Shown here piece by piece: positions 9,349 to 17,667 of a DNA stretch of 54,923 nt. Position 1 is the first letter of the stretch; each line of letters begins with the position of its first letter. The position numbers and the translations under genes are program-made. Source of the DNA: Chloroflexota bacterium (GTDB lineage Bacteria > Chloroflexota > Limnocylindria > Limnocylindrales > CSP1-4); contig PMIP01000067.1 in the NCBI GenBank assembly GCA_003158295.1, forward strand, positions 9,437-64,359. Direction: 5' to 3'. Under the pieces are notes generated by a model. The model saw only the letters and a list, made by a program, of their open reading frames with translations, was not told where the DNA came from and did not search any database.

Positions 9349-10065
9349 CTAGAGCTCGAGCCCTGCCAGCTCGGCGTCGCGAACGAACATCTGCACCGTC
9401 TCGAGCGAGAACTCCGAAAGATCCTTTCCGACCAGATCGAGCTTCTTGAGGATGTCGGTCGTGGCCGTGATGATGTGGCACCCGATTTCGTCTGCCTGGA
9501 AGATGTTCAGAAGCTCGCGCGGGCTGGCCCAGAGCAGTTCGATGTTCGGATACGGCCGCAGGATCTCCAGCGCCTGTGTCATCAGCGGGACGGGATCGCG
9601 CCCGGTGTCGGCGATCCGTCCGGCAAAGACGGAGATGACCGCAGCAGGGGATGCCGACACAGCCTCGGCAGCCATTGCCACCTGCTCGTTCGTCAAGATC
9701 GCGGTCACGTTGAGACGAATGCCCTCCGCCGCCAGTCGACGCAGAAGCTCGCCGCTCGACCGCCCGTGAGTGTCCGTGATGGGTATCTTCACGAACACGT
9801 TGGAAGCCCAGCCTGCGAGCTCGGCCGCCTGCCTGTACATGAGCTCGAAGTCATCGGAGAGAACTTCGAAGTTGATCGGGCGGTCGGGTATTGCCGCGAG
9901 GACTGCCCGGGCAAAGGCTCGGTAGTCTGAGACCCCCGACTTACGCATGAGGGTGGGATTCGTCGTGAATCCCCGGATCAGCGGGTTGGCCCGCATCTCG
10001 ATCATGCCCGCGAGGTCCGCGCCATCGGCGAACACCTTGACCCGCAGATCGCCCAACGTCGTCAA
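9349..10065 (-). CDS. Short-type transaldolase (LmbR-like context)
   Basis: FADGAD, GFTTNPTL, NFEV, VFVKIP (Schiff-base Lys), SVFAGRIAD, LLWASPRE; TTG start inferred. Confidence 0.9.
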   Translation of the reverse strand: MTTLGDLRVKVFADGADLAGMIEMRANPLIRGFTTNPTLMRKSGVSDYRAFARAVLAAIPDRPINFEVLSDDFELMYRQAAELAGWASNVFVKIPITDTHGRSSGELLRRLAAEGIRLNVTAILTNEQVAMAAEAVSASPAAVISVFAGRIADTGRDPVPLMTQALEILRPYPNIELLWASPRELLNIFQADEIGCHIITATTDILKKLDLVGKDLSEFSLETVQMFVRDAELAGLEL

Positions 10066-10099
10066 ATCTCGACCTGACCTTCCACCTGCGACGGTCCCA

Positions 10100-10966
10100 C
10101 TACCAGACCAGACCGCGGTCTTTGGGCACGATGCGTCGCAGCGTATATACGTCACTTGATTGGAGATCGGCAGTATGGGCCGCCAACGTCTCCCATGGGT
10201 CCCACACTGCGCTGATCAGCTTACCGGTGATTCCGTCACTCAGGGACGACCCAAGGAACACGGCCAGTCCCGCCCCTCGATCGAGCGACGTGCCACCCTC
10301 GTCATGCTGGCGAACGGCGCGCTCGTAGAACTCGCGCCCGACCCTCTCCGGACCGGCCTCCAGCACTTCGCCGAGGAGTCGCGTGTTGAGAGCGCCAGGC
10401 GCTATTGAGTTCACGTCGATGCCAAACTCACGGACCTCTTCAGCCAACGTTTCGGCGAAGCGGACGATGCCTGCCTTCGAGGCTGCATAGGCGCTTATTC
10501 TCGGAAGGGGGGCCGTAGCGCCTCCTCCAGACAACTGCACGATCTTGCCGTATCGGTGCGCCTTGAAATGGGGGAGGACGGCCCGAGCCATGAGCACAGA
10601 GCCCAGCAGGTTGACTCGTATCGCTTCTGCCCACGGCTCCCACTCGACCTCGTCGATCGTCCCTTTCGGACCGTAGACGCCGGCGTTGTTGACGAGCACG
10701 TGCAACTGCGGGACTCGCTCCAGGCTGGCCGCGACAAGCCGCTCAGCGTCGTTCGGATCGGCGACGTCCGCCGTCTCAGCGGCGACGATCTGGCCTTCCT
10801 CGGCCAGGCCGGTGAGCTCCTCCAGAGCGTCGTCAAGAGGGCCCTTGTCGCGAGCACAGACGATGACGTTCGCCCCCGCCTCTACGTAGGCGCGGGCGAT
10901 GGCCAGTCCCAGTCCCATGCTGGCTCCGGTGATCAGCGCGGAGCGGCCCTGCAGTTCCTGCGTCAT
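10100..10966 (-). CDS. Classical SDR oxidoreductase
   Basis: TGASMGLG, VNNAG, YAASK. Confidence 0.9.
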   Translation of the reverse strand: MTQELQGRSALITGASMGLGLAIARAYVEAGANVIVCARDKGPLDDALEELTGLAEEGQIVAAETADVADPNDAERLVAASLERVPQLHVLVNNAGVYGPKGTIDEVEWEPWAEAIRVNLLGSVLMARAVLPHFKAHRYGKIVQLSGGGATAPLPRISAYAASKAGIVRFAETLAEEVREFGIDVNSIAPGALNTRLLGEVLEAGPERVGREFYERAVRQHDEGGTSLDRGAGLAVFLGSSLSDGITGKLISAVWDPWETLAAHTADLQSSDVYTLRRIVPKDRGLVW

Positions 10967-12261
10967 GCTCGGGCCAATCCCACGGCCGAATACCGAACCC
11001 TGGGGTCCGTCGCGAACAGCAGGGTGAGGAACCGCGCCGGATCCACGATGACAGGCCGTCGGAGCTCAGCCACGACTGCGTCGGGCGGGACCAGCCGGTA
11101 CTCCGGCCACGGTGTCATGACGACCAGAGCGTCTGCCCCGCGAGCCGCACTGAGCGCATCAGGCTGAAGGCTGATGCGACCGGCAAGGGCTGGCGGCAGG
11201 GCGTGCACGGCTGGATCGTGTGCGGCCGGGATCGCGCCCAGGTCCGCCAACCATTCACACAGCTCGATCGAAGCTGACCGGCGAAGCGTGTCCGTGCCGG
11301 GCTTGTAGGTCAGACCCCAAATCCCGATCCGCAGACCGCGCATCTCCCCCAACTGGGAGCACAGCGCGCGCCGAACCCATTGTTGCTGATGGCGGTTGCT
11401 GGGGCCGAGACTGGTCAAGAGGGGCGCCTCGATTTTCCGGGCCGAGATCAGGTCCGCGAGGAAGGTGACGTCGCGCCCCAGAGTCCCGCCCGCATACCCG
11501 GTCCCGAAGCCGAGATACGCCCGCTGGCCGATGCGAGGATCGCTCCTCAATGCACGAACGACATCGGCTACATCGGCTCCGACCGACTCACAGATAGCGG
11601 CGATCTCGTTTGCATAGACGATCGAGGTGGCCAGGAATACGTTCAGGGCGTGTTTCGTCATCTCGGCCGACTCGATCTGCATCCACTCGATCGGCGCTCC
11701 GAGAGGGTCGAGAAGTGCCGTGATGACCGCCCGACCGTTCGGGTCCTCCACGCCAACAACAATCCGCTCCGGCTTGGTGAAAGAGTCGATGGCAGTACCC
11801 AGTCTCAGGTTCTCCGGGCTATAGGCGAATGCCACGGCACGATCCTCGCCCAGCCGCTCGAAGGATCTCATGAGCTGGCGCGTGCTTCCGACGGGCAGTT
11901 GCGATGAGATCAGCATGACCGACCCTGCGGCGAGGGAGGGAAAGAAGTCGGTCGCGGCCTTGACCACCGAGTCCGGATCGGCCCGATCCGAGCTGTCGAC
12001 GGGGGTGTCGTAGCTGATCCAGACGACCTGGGCTTCTTCGGCCGCTGCGGCCACGTCCGAAGAGAAACGCAGTCGCCCGCTGGCGAGCCCTTCACCTATC
12101 AGCGCATCGAGGCCCGGTTCCTGGATCGGGGCCCGACCGGACGCCAGCAGCTCGACTCTCTGAGGGTCCGGATCGTGACCTACTACGTCGTGGCCGGCGG
12201 CCGCAAGACACGCCGCGGTGACCGTGCCGAGGTGCCAGAGGCCGGATACGCAGACCCTCAT
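10963..12261 (-). CDS. UDP-glucose/GDP-mannose dehydrogenase family protein lacking the catalytic Cys
   Basis: GLWHLG, SPENLRLG, SAEMTK, GLTYKPGTD; GYAGGTLGRD where GFGGSCFPKD is expected. Confidence 0.88.
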   Translation of the reverse strand: MRVCVSGLWHLGTVTAACLAAAGHDVVGHDPDPQRVELLASGRAPIQEPGLDALIGEGLASGRLRFSSDVAAAAEEAQVVWISYDTPVDSSDRADPDSVVKAATDFFPSLAAGSVMLISSQLPVGSTRQLMRSFERLGEDRAVAFAYSPENLRLGTAIDSFTKPERIVVGVEDPNGRAVITALLDPLGAPIEWMQIESAEMTKHALNVFLATSIVYANEIAAICESVGADVADVVRALRSDPRIGQRAYLGFGTGYAGGTLGRDVTFLADLISARKIEAPLLTSLGPSNRHQQQWVRRALCSQLGEMRGLRIGIWGLTYKPGTDTLRRSASIELCEWLADLGAIPAAHDPAVHALPPALAGRISLQPDALSAARGADALVVMTPWPEYRLVPPDAVVAELRRPVIVDPARFLTLLFATDPRVRYSAVGLARA

Positions 12262-12833
12262 CTGGTTGCTCCGGTTGCCCGCGCGACGCGCTCGCTGATC
12301 CAGCTCACGGCGCTCGGAAGCGACTCGACTCGAACCGTGGGCTCGAGGGTGAGCGACGGGTTCTCATGCCGGTCGATCAGGATCGTGGTACAGCCCGCCC
12401 GCTGGCCGGCTTCGATGTCCCGCCACCGGTCGCCGACCATGAAGCTGGCTGCCAGATCGATCCCCCAGTCATTCGCAGCCGACACCAGGAGGCCCGGCTT
12501 CGGCTTCCGGCAATCGCACAGGTCATCGTCGTCGTGATAGCAGATCCGGATGTCGTCCACCGGCACTACCTCTCGCAGCCGTTGGTGGATGGCTTCCACG
12601 ATCTCGCGTCGCTGCGTGCCGCGCGCGACGTCGGGTTGGTTCGTGACCACGATCCGCAGGAAGCCAAGCGCGCCGAGACGGCGGCACGCCTCGGCGACTC
12701 CCTCCATGATCGCGAACTCCGCAAGGCCGGCCGGTGGCCGGGGCACACCGTCCGTGCCAATGAAGCTCTGGTTGAGCACGCCATCTCGATCCAGGAACAC
12801 CGCCGGCCGACCGCTCAAGTGGCCGACTCCCAC
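12258..12833 (-). CDS. gmhB: HAD-IIIA sugar-bisphosphate phosphatase (GmhB-like)
   Basis: FLDRDGVLN, VTNQ, CYH..CDCRKPKPG, MVGDR. Confidence 0.88.
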   Translation of the reverse strand: MGVGHLSGRPAVFLDRDGVLNQSFIGTDGVPRPPAGLAEFAIMEGVAEACRRLGALGFLRIVVTNQPDVARGTQRREIVEAIHQRLREVVPVDDIRICYHDDDDLCDCRKPKPGLLVSAANDWGIDLAASFMVGDRWRDIEAGQRAGCTTILIDRHENPSLTLEPTVRVESLPSAVSWISERVARATGATR

Positions 12834-13408
12834 TTCCCGGGCTTCTGACGAACGGCAGGGTGGGAAACCAGCAGGTGCCAGATGACCGCCTGCAGGCCCT
12901 CCGTCTGGGGAGTGACTGTGTCGCTGTCTACGGGCGGGATCACGACGGCTTCGCCCACAGCAGCGGTGTACCCTCCGTCGCGGCCGACGATGCCCAGAAC
13001 CGTCGCCCCGACCTCTCGGGCAAGTTCGATGCAGCGAACCAGGTTGACGCTGATGCCGCGAGCTGCATCGCCCCCGCCGACGGAGAAGATCAGGATCGCG
13101 TCGGACGCATCTATCCGGCTAACACGTAGCCAATTGGAGTAGCTCGTCTCCCAGCCCTCGTCGTTGATCCGTGCCGTGAGCTCGGAAACGTTGTCCGTGG
13201 GCGCGTAAGCCTCGATGCCGGCGATCTTGCGGAAGTCGTTGACCGCATGCGAGGCGTGCCCCGCGCCGCCGCCTGACCCGAGGATGAAGAGGCGACCGCC
13301 GCGGGCTCGAACGGCAGCGAGCTCCGAAGCGATGCGTTCGATTGCCTCGCGATCGAGAAGATCGATGATCTTCTTGGAGTTGGAGAGGAACTGGTCTGTG
13401 TAGGTCAT
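12815..13408 (-). CDS. SIS-domain phosphosugar isomerase (GmhA-like)
   Basis: GSGGGAGHASH..NDF, LTARIND, SVGGG, TPQTEG.Q..IWH. Confidence 0.88.
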   Translation of the reverse strand: MTYTDQFLSNSKKIIDLLDREAIERIASELAAVRARGGRLFILGSGGGAGHASHAVNDFRKIAGIEAYAPTDNVSELTARINDEGWETSYSNWLRVSRIDASDAILIFSVGGGDAARGISVNLVRCIELAREVGATVLGIVGRDGGYTAAVGEAVVIPPVDSDTVTPQTEGLQAVIWHLLVSHPAVRQKPGKWESAT

Positions 13409-13415
13409 TCCGTAT

Positions 13416-14555
13416 TCACGGCCGGGCCAGGCGGTCAGCCTTGCGCACGACTCCCATCTCCTTCATCACCCGCTCGGCTTCGAGCAGGTATTCGTCCGTG
13501 CCCACTTGGGTATCGAGCCACTCGAGGTACTGGCGAACATTGTCTTCGACCGGGGTGCGCGGCTCCCAGCCAAGCGACCGCATCCGCGTGAGGTCGCTCA
13601 CGGTGTGGCGGGTATCACCAAGCCGATACTCGCCGGGCACCATCGGCTCCAGGTTACTACCCGACGCGTCGAGCATCATCCCGGCGAACTCGAGAACCGT
13701 GACGGCGCGGCCACCGCCGACGTTGAGCGCCAGGCCGTTCGACAGCGGGTTCTCGAGGGCGATGAGGTTGGCTCTGGCGACATCCCGAACATTCACGTAG
13801 TCGCGTCTCTGGAGCCCATCTTCGTAGCAGACCGGGGGAAGCCCGGCCCGGATACGCAGGGCGAAGCGCCTCGCAATGCCGGAATAGGCGTTGTAGAAGG
13901 AGTTGCGAGGCCCCTGGACATACGTGTAGCGCATCGCTGCGGTCTCGATGCCGTATCGGCGCCCGAGGTTGAAAGCCAGCAGCTCAAGGGCGTACTTGGA
14001 GACGCCGTACGTGGTTCCAGGATTGCTGCAAGTGGCCTCGTCGATCAGGAGCGGCGTCGCAGTGGACCCGCACGTCGGACATTGAATGTCCCACTCGCCG
14101 CGCTGGAGCTGATCGGGCGGCCTCGGGTCCGGATGGAAGACGGTGCCCTCGGCGTCGCAGCTGTACTTGCCCTCGCCCGACACCGACTGAGAGGACGCAA
14201 CGACAAGCTTGCGGAGCGGGAAACGGTCCGGATCGGAGACGGCCAGCTCGAAGATCAGCGCCGTCGACTCGGTGTTGGTGTGGATGAACGTGCTGAAATC
14301 GGGCAGGTAGTCCTGGTAGGCAGCCATGTGAAACACATAGTCCACGCCCCGGAGAGCCCGTTCCATGTCGGCCCGGTTGGCTACGTCGCCCTGGATGAAC
14401 TCGATGTCCGCCGGAACGTAGGTGGGCTTGCCCCGGGGGTGGACCCGCGGCTGGAGCGAATCGATGATCCGGACCTCATACCCTTTCTCGAGCAGGAGGT
14501 CGACGGTGTGAGACCCGATGAAGCCGGCCCCACCGGTGACGAGAACGAGGCTCAT
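13416..14555 (-). CDS. NAD-dependent NDP-sugar epimerase/dehydratase with Cys-containing insert
   Basis: VTGGAGFIG, YGVSK, GPRN, RDYVNVRDVA; ATG overlaps upstream stop (ATGA). Confidence 0.9.
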   Translation of the reverse strand: MSLVLVTGGAGFIGSHTVDLLLEKGYEVRIIDSLQPRVHPRGKPTYVPADIEFIQGDVANRADMERALRGVDYVFHMAAYQDYLPDFSTFIHTNTESTALIFELAVSDPDRFPLRKLVVASSQSVSGEGKYSCDAEGTVFHPDPRPPDQLQRGEWDIQCPTCGSTATPLLIDEATCSNPGTTYGVSKYALELLAFNLGRRYGIETAAMRYTYVQGPRNSFYNAYSGIARRFALRIRAGLPPVCYEDGLQRRDYVNVRDVARANLIALENPLSNGLALNVGGGRAVTVLEFAGMMLDASGSNLEPMVPGEYRLGDTRHTVSDLTRMRSLGWEPRTPVEDNVRQYLEWLDTQVGTDEYLLEAERVMKEMGVVRKADRLARP

Positions 14556-15541
14556 ACGTTCAGCATCACTTTGGCGCCGTCGTAGTCGAATGCGTAGGGC
14601 ATCTCGCGGAGCCCTTCGCGGCCAAGCGCCTCGCGCACTGCTGCCTTTGCGGCCCCCGGGCAGTAGAGCAGGAGGAACCCTCCTCCACCCGCGCCCACGA
14701 GCTTCCCGCCCAAGGCACCGCAATCTCGGGCGATCCCATACCAGCGATCGACATCGGGATTGCTGATGAGGGCGGACCGGCGCTTCTTGTTCTCCCAGTG
14801 TTCATGCAGGATCACGCCGAACTCGTCGACTCTACCGGCTTCGAGCGCGGCCTTGACCTGCCGTCCCAACTCCTTGGTCCGGTGCAGGCTCTCGACAACG
14901 TTCGGCTGGGCCGAGGCCGTGTCGCGCTTCTGTTCCGCCAGGATGGTGTTGGCGCTCCTCGTAATCCCCGTGAAGAAGAGCAGGACGTTGTGCCGAAGCT
15001 CGGCTGCCGTCGTCGGGGAGATGTCCAGCGGGGTTACGGTGACGCGACCGTCTCGCTCGATCTCCAGGCACGTGATGCCGCCGAAAGCCGCCATGTAGTG
15101 GTCATGCTTGCCCACGGCATGCCCGGCGAGGTCCATCTCGATATGGCACGCCTCTTCGGCGAGTGCGTGCGTCGGGATCCGTTCGCGCTTCAACTCGTGC
15201 AGGCCCGTCAGCAGTGCCACGAGATACGTCGCCGACGACCCGAGCCCGGTTCCGGCCGGGACGTCCGCCATGGAGGTGATCTCGATGTTCCCCGAAATCC
15301 CCAACTCCAGAAGGGCGGGCCGCACGAGGTCGTGCTGGACTTCCGAGGGGGTCTTCACTTCCTCGTATCGCGTGTACTTGACCCTGATGAGCTCGTCCGC
15401 GGCGGGCTTGTTCAGGTACACATACACGTACTTGTCGATGGCGGCGCTGAGAATGAAGCCGCCGTACTGCTCGTAGTAGGAGGGGAGATCCGTGCCGCCG
15501 CCGCCCAGGGCGATGCGAAGCGGTGCCCTGACGAGGATCAT
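14552..15541 (-). CDS. GHMP-family sugar-phosphate kinase (HddA-like)
   Basis: RAPLRIALGGGGTD, PAGTGLGSS, GGKLVGAGGGG. Confidence 0.92.
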   Translation of the reverse strand: MILVRAPLRIALGGGGTDLPSYYEQYGGFILSAAIDKYVYVYLNKPAADELIRVKYTRYEEVKTPSEVQHDLVRPALLELGISGNIEITSMADVPAGTGLGSSATYLVALLTGLHELKRERIPTHALAEEACHIEMDLAGHAVGKHDHYMAAFGGITCLEIERDGRVTVTPLDISPTTAAELRHNVLLFFTGITRSANTILAEQKRDTASAQPNVVESLHRTKELGRQVKAALEAGRVDEFGVILHEHWENKKRRSALISNPDVDRWYGIARDCGALGGKLVGAGGGGFLLLYCPGAAKAAVREALGREGLREMPYAFDYDGAKVMLNV

Positions 15542-16269
15542 CGCGCACCCATCGAGCTGCCCGTCGCGAGGGTTGCCTCGGTCGCCTTCAGGTCATCGAT
15601 GGTGTCGATCCACATCACGCGATCACCATGTGCCAGACGGTGGCCTCGCAGCGCATGCGGACGCTGCACCAGCTTCGGCATGACGTCGCGGCTCAGGTCG
15701 CTGGGGGTCGCCGTGGGGATGACTTCGAACAACTCAGGCTCACAGACCAAGAGGCCGGCGTTCACCCAGTGACTCCTCTCTGTTCCCGGGACGGGCTTCT
15801 CCTGAAACTCCGTGATCCACCCGGCATCGTCCAGCACAGCCACTCCGCTGCTGCTTACGTCCGGACGCTCCAGCAGGAGCATGCTGGCCGTTGCTCCAGA
15901 TTGTCTGTGGCCGTCGACCACGGCTGCCAGTTGCAGGTCGAACAGGTTGTCCGCATAGACGACGACGAACGTTTCGTCCCCGAGCAGGGACCGTGCAGCC
16001 AGGACCCCTCCGGCGGTGCCCAGCAGCTCAGGCTCGCGCGAGTATGCCACGCTCACGCCCAGGCGCGACCCGTCACCAATGGAGTCGACGACCGCTTCGG
16101 CGTGATGATGGAGGTTGATCACCAACTCGCGGATCCCATTCGAGCGGAGCCAGTCGATGTTGCGGATCAGGACCTCACGGCCGGCCACGGAGACCATGCA
16201 TTTCGGCCGGTCCGCCGTGAGCGGGGACAGGCGAGTACCGAGCCCTGCGGCGAGCAGCATCGCCTTCAT
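15538..16269 (-). CDS. Sugar-1-phosphate nucleotidyltransferase (HddC/M1P-guanylyltransferase-like)
   Basis: MKAMLLAAGLGTRL..PK, LGTAGG, EKP, VNAG; ATGA overlap. Confidence 0.92.
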   Translation of the reverse strand: MKAMLLAAGLGTRLSPLTADRPKCMVSVAGREVLIRNIDWLRSNGIRELVINLHHHAEAVVDSIGDGSRLGVSVAYSREPELLGTAGGVLAARSLLGDETFVVVYADNLFDLQLAAVVDGHRQSGATASMLLLERPDVSSSGVAVLDDAGWITEFQEKPVPGTERSHWVNAGLLVCEPELFEVIPTATPSDLSRDVMPKLVQRPHALRGHRLAHGDRVMWIDTIDDLKATEATLATGSSMGAR

Positions 16270-17276
16270 GTGTGAGGCACCTCGACGGCAGTCCCGGACC
16301 TGGCGGATTCGTAGATCGCGTCGAGGATGCGCGCAGCCGCAAGGCCGTCGTTGCCGTTGCCCAGGGGTTGTCTGTGCTGCTTGATCGCCGTCGAGAACTC
16401 CTGCCATTCGCTTTGCCAGGACTGGTCTGGGCCTTCGAACGAAGTGGTCGTCTCGATCGGCGGTGAGGAATCCTCATTCCGCTTGGCGACGGTCAACTGC
16501 TCCGTTCCGTAGGAGCCGCCGAGTCCGTCGATTCGAAGGTAACCGGTCGTTCCGAGGACCTCGAAACGGAAGGCGTTCTTCCATTGAGTCCAACTCGTGT
16601 GGAACGACACGATGCCCCCGCTGCTGGCGCGCAGGAGCGCGAACGCGTTGTCCTCGACCGGTTGGATCGGCCAGTGAAATGTTCCGACGTAGCCCTGGGC
16701 TTGATCTATCTCCCCGATGAACCATCGCGTCAGATCCACGATGTGGACGCCCTGATCCAGGAGCTCGCCACCCCCCGAACGAGCCGGGTCGGCTCGCCAT
16801 TCTCGTTCGTACCCGGCCCTACCACCGTGCCCGTAGAGCGCTCGGATCGCGAAGACATCGCCTATCGAGCCCTGGCCCACCAGCTCGCGCGCAGCGGCGA
16901 TTGCAGGGTGATGGCGGTGGTTGAACCCGACCTTCAGCAGCCTGCCTGCGGTTTCGGCCGCCCGGACGATCGCCGCTGCTTCTGCTGCGTTCCGGCCCAA
17001 CGGCTTCTCGCAAAGGACGTGCTTGCCCGAGTCCAGGGCCGCGATCGAGGCTTCAGCGAGAAGATCGTTCGACGTGGAGACAACCACTACGTCCAGGTCG
17101 TCGCGCGAGACGACCTCTCTCCAGGACGCCGTCCATCTGGACCCCGTGGCCGCCGCGACCGCTGCCGCGCGATCCTCCGCGAGGTCTGCCACGACGATGA
17201 CTTCGTCGCCCGAGTCGAGCGCCACCTTGGCCCGGCGCGTACCGATGAGGCCGCACCCGATGATTCCGACCCTCAT
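16266..17276 (-). CDS. Gfo/Idh/MocA family oxidoreductase
   Basis: GIIGCGLIG, GKHVLCEKP, GGGELLDQGVH. Confidence 0.92.
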   Translation of the reverse strand: MRVGIIGCGLIGTRRAKVALDSGDEVIVVADLAEDRAAAVAAATGSRWTASWREVVSRDDLDVVVVSTSNDLLAEASIAALDSGKHVLCEKPLGRNAAEAAAIVRAAETAGRLLKVGFNHRHHPAIAAARELVGQGSIGDVFAIRALYGHGGRAGYEREWRADPARSGGGELLDQGVHIVDLTRWFIGEIDQAQGYVGTFHWPIQPVEDNAFALLRASSGGIVSFHTSWTQWKNAFRFEVLGTTGYLRIDGLGGSYGTEQLTVAKRNEDSSPPIETTTSFEGPDQSWQSEWQEFSTAIKQHRQPLGNGNDGLAAARILDAIYESARSGTAVEVPHT

Positions 17277-17333
17277 GCTTCGCTTTCGCCAGGGGGCCGG
17301 AGGCGCCCGCGATTTCTGGCCCCTTGGTAGCTC

Positions 17334-17426
17334 GTCTCAATCTCCTCATGCGCGGCGCCGACGGGTGGCACGGCCCAGAATACACAGATATCCGACTACC
17401 ACGCACAGTGGTTGAGGCGCGAGGAG
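17334..17426 (-). repeat. 93-bp element, copy 1 (upstream of the sugar operon; possible promoter/leader)
   Basis: 90/93 identical to 20159-20251. Confidence 0.92.
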
Positions 17427-17667
17427 ACCCGACCCGTTCGGCACCACCATCAAACCGCGGTCGACCCCATGCCGTCACGTCGAGGTCATAGAATGGGTGG
17501 CCTTCGACGCCATGTGGATCGCCTATCGTGAGCAGAAGGTTGGCGATGGGGCGTTCTGGCCGGCACCTTTCGCGGACGAGCGAGATACCAAGAGGTTGTA
17601 TGGGCTTACGGAGGGCTGAACGCCCTGAACGCTGGACTCGGCGTGGGACGCAGGTAGGGGTTGCCCA

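Noticed and set aside
12258-16269. LPS inner-core ADP-heptose pathway
   Set aside because: The kinase is GHMP-type and the transferase is GDP-type rather than HldE; no heptosyltransferase, Kdo or lipid A genes in the window.
9349-17276. Lincosamide antibiotic biosynthetic cluster
   Set aside because: No aminotransferase, amino-acid activation/condensation or resistance genes; the context is flippases and GTs, so only the sugar module is shared.
17427-17667. Possible gene remnant (part of ORF 17053-17715) between repeat copy 1 and the GT4
   Set aside because: No recognisable family, and it overlaps genes at both ends; cannot be supported without a search.
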